This document shows, in pieces, positions 61,933-64,000 of a stretch of 64,000 nt of DNA (position 1 is its first letter; every line of letters begins with the position of its first letter). Below the pieces are notes generated by a model. It was given only the letters and a program-made list of their open reading frames with translations. It searched no databases and was not told the origin of the DNA. The stretch covers positions 1-64,000 of the forward strand of contig NZ_SBIV01000011.1 of the NCBI RefSeq assembly GCF_004765795.1, in the 5' to 3' direction. Origin of the DNA: Halorussus marinus. Its GTDB lineage: Archaea; Halobacteriota; Halobacteria; Halobacteriales; Haladaptataceae. The translations under genes and the position numbers were made by a program.

Positions 61933-64000
61933 GTGAGAGACCCAAAAGAAACTAACCGGCTTCACCGCCGGGGAACCAGTAGCGACGCTCGTCCGTATCC
62001 GCCAACCCCTGTCCCGTCCCCGATAACGAGCGGCGGGACAGCCCACTCACCGGTCGCTCCAGTAGGGTTGGACGCACGGCGGCGTGAACAGGTAGACACC
62101 GTCATCCAGCGGTTGACGAGCGACGGACACGAGATTCCAGCACCGTTTTCGAAGCGAGAGCTGTACCAGACTGCTGCAGACGTTGGAATCGAGGTGTGGA
62201 AACCCGCAGTAAAGAACCGAGTCACCGAGCGTGTACTCGACCGACTCAGCTACGAGTGGGACTCAGCCTCTCGAACCTTCGCACCGGTCGTCACGGATGA
62301 ACTCATCGAAGACATTCACCGAGCAGCAGACACCATCAGTCCAGCATTCGACCCGAAACTGTCCGAGTCGCTCCACAAACAACTCCAGGAGTGGTGCGAA
62401 CTGCACGGAATCGGGTCGATAGAAACAGGGGCGGTACAGAGAACTGTTGCGCGACACGCCATCCTGAGTGTTCTTCTAAAAGCGACGGTGTACGAGTGGT
62501 ACCGGTGTCACGGCGTTGTTCCACCACTCACCAATTCGGTACAACAGGCGTTTCACAACGCACGGAAGCAGACACTAGACAGAACGTTCGATCAGTTCGT
62601 TCTTGACCACGTCGCGGAACTGGCTGATGAGGACCTCCTGGAATCTACGTTGGCTCACCGGGATCGATTGCTCTTCTCACCCCAGCCAACGGAAGAGATT
62701 GGGAAGCTCTACGCGGAGCTAACACCGAGCGAGTATCGACAGTCACTCGGGCAGTTTCGGACACCGCCGGAAATTGCAGTGACGATGAAGTCCTGGGCAA
62801 ACCGCGATGTCGACCACCTTCTCGACCCTGGAATGGGAGCCGGCGTACTATCCAGCACGTTTCACCCGCGCTGGAGTCTGAACACTGACCCCACGCACAT
62901 CGACGGGATCGAACGTAGCCCCCTCGCACGGCTCATGGGCGCGACAGCACTCACGTTGGGTGGACAGCTGAATACGCCACGAACACACGACTTCCTCACT
63001 CTTGATCCAGACGAACTGCAACACGACATCGGCGGGATCGTGTGCAACCCCCCATACACGAGCGGGGACGCGCTCCCGAAAGAGTACAAAGAACAGATCA
63101 ACGCCGACATAGAGCAATCGACAGGAATCGACGTCAGTGCGCGATCACCACTCTACACGTACTTCATGTACCACAGTCGGTCGTTCCTATCTTCGGGCGA
63201 CCGTGCAGCGTTCCTCACGCCGGATAGTTTCCTCACGACAGCCTACGGCGACTCACTCAAACAGTTCCTACTTGACGAGTTTTCCATCACTGCTCTCGTC
63301 CAGTTCGACCCCGAAGGCGAGTCGGTCTTCGAGGACGCCCAAGTCACCGCACTCGCTTGCTTCTTAGAAGCAAGTTCTGGCGGTAACGAGGGGGTGACGC
63401 GCTTCATTCGCGTGGACGAGTCCATCGATTCGAGTACGCTTCGTAACGCAGTGCAGAATGGGGAGCAGGGTGAGACTGAGTGGGGATTCATCAATCACGT
63501 GCCGCAAGCGGATCTCGTACCCCGGCAAAACTGGGCAGCACTATTCGATCCCTGCGACGTAGATACAAGCGAGCTGACTGAGCTCGGCGAGTTCGTCACG
63601 ATCCACCGCGGGAAGTCCACCGGCGATGTAACCTTTTTCTGCCTGACCCAGGACGAAGTCGACGAGTCCGGAATCTCTGAGAAACACTTGTCTCAACTCA
63701 TTCGCCAACCAAAGCTCGTCCAGGGGTACGATTTCCGTGGAGAAGATTGGGAGAAATTACAGGCTGCTGGTGAGGAGGTGTGGCTACTAGACCCAGACAA
63801 ACTACCAGAAGTCCAGAAGTCACGGGAGGACTTCGAGAAGCAAGTGCTATTCAACGCTGACTCGCTCCCAAGGAACAGCAACGGCGAGGTGCCGAACGTC
63901 GTTTCGTATCTACAGGATAGCGTCTACCGGACCAATCCGCTCGGAGCGAACGTAATCGAGAACCGCCCGTACTGGTATCGCCCCCGTCGACAAGCCTCAC
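61933..64000 (+). CDS. N6-adenine DNA methyltransferase (runs off the window; start uncertain, GTG 61933 or TTG 62068)
   Basis: One open frame with LGQFRTPPEI, LDPGMGAG (62821) and CNPPY (63043). Confidence 0.85.
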   Translation, partial: MRDPKETNRLHRRGTSSDARPYPPTPVPSPITSGGTAHSPVAPVGLDARRREQVDTVIQRLTSDGHEIPAPFSKRELYQTAADVGIEVWKPAVKNRVTERVLDRLSYEWDSASRTFAPVVTDELIEDIHRAADTISPAFDPKLSESLHKQLQEWCELHGIGSIETGAVQRTVARHAILSVLLKATVYEWYRCHGVVPPLTNSVQQAFHNARKQTLDRTFDQFVLDHVAELADEDLLESTLAHRDRLLFSPQPTEEIGKLYAELTPSEYRQSLGQFRTPPEIAVTMKSWANRDVDHLLDPGMGAGVLSSTFHPRWSLNTDPTHIDGIERSPLARLMGATALTLGGQLNTPRTHDFLTLDPDELQHDIGGIVCNPPYTSGDALPKEYKEQINADIEQSTGIDVSARSPLYTYFMYHSRSFLSSGDRAAFLTPDSFLTTAYGDSLKQFLLDEFSITALVQFDPEGESVFEDAQVTALACFLEASSGGNEGVTRFIRVDESIDSSTLRNAVQNGEQGETEWGFINHVPQADLVPRQNWAALFDPCDVDTSELTELGEFVTIHRGKSTGDVTFFCLTQDEVDESGISEKHLSQLIRQPKLVQGYDFRGEDWEKLQAAGEEVWLLDPDKLPEVQKSREDFEKQVLFNADSLPRNSNGEVPNVVSYLQDSVYRTNPLGANVIENRPYWYRPRRQAS

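Noticed and set aside
1..64000. tRNA, rRNA or integrase genes
   Set aside because: None recognisable in the window.

Overview
Haloarchaeal DNA (high GC, acidic proteins), probably from a plasmid or accessory region. It has four parts. (1) 1-4.7 kb: the end of an IS5-family element that cuts into an Nmad3/Nmad2-like gene, then an ADP-ribosylglycohydrolase and an amidohydrolase. (2) 4.9-12.6 kb: a copper/heavy-metal cluster with a CopB-type ATPase, HTH regulator, DoxX, SHOCT proteins, USP, a YHS permease and a Cys-rich peptide. (3) 12.7-60.7 kb: a large defence island. It holds a CBS-HEPN protein next to an Upf1-like helicase; an HRAMP-type derived class 1 CRISPR-Cas operon (Cas7-like, uncharacterised core protein, Cas5-like, DEDD exonuclease, HNH); a DISARM-like SNF2 / N6-MTase / DUF1998-helicase module with inserted RAMA and TBP genes; several modification-dependent nucleases; PLD proteins; and a long Argonaute with an apparently intact catalytic tetrad, followed by a PLD-ATPase and an AddAB/AdnAB-like helicase-nuclease set. 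(4) 60.9-64 kb: a pseudogene and a truncated N6-MTase. The most notable observation is an array of five 23-bp direct repeats with unique spacers (20982-21286) inside the HRAMP operon, a system described as lacking a CRISPR array. All family assignments come from motifs recognised by eye; no database searches were run.
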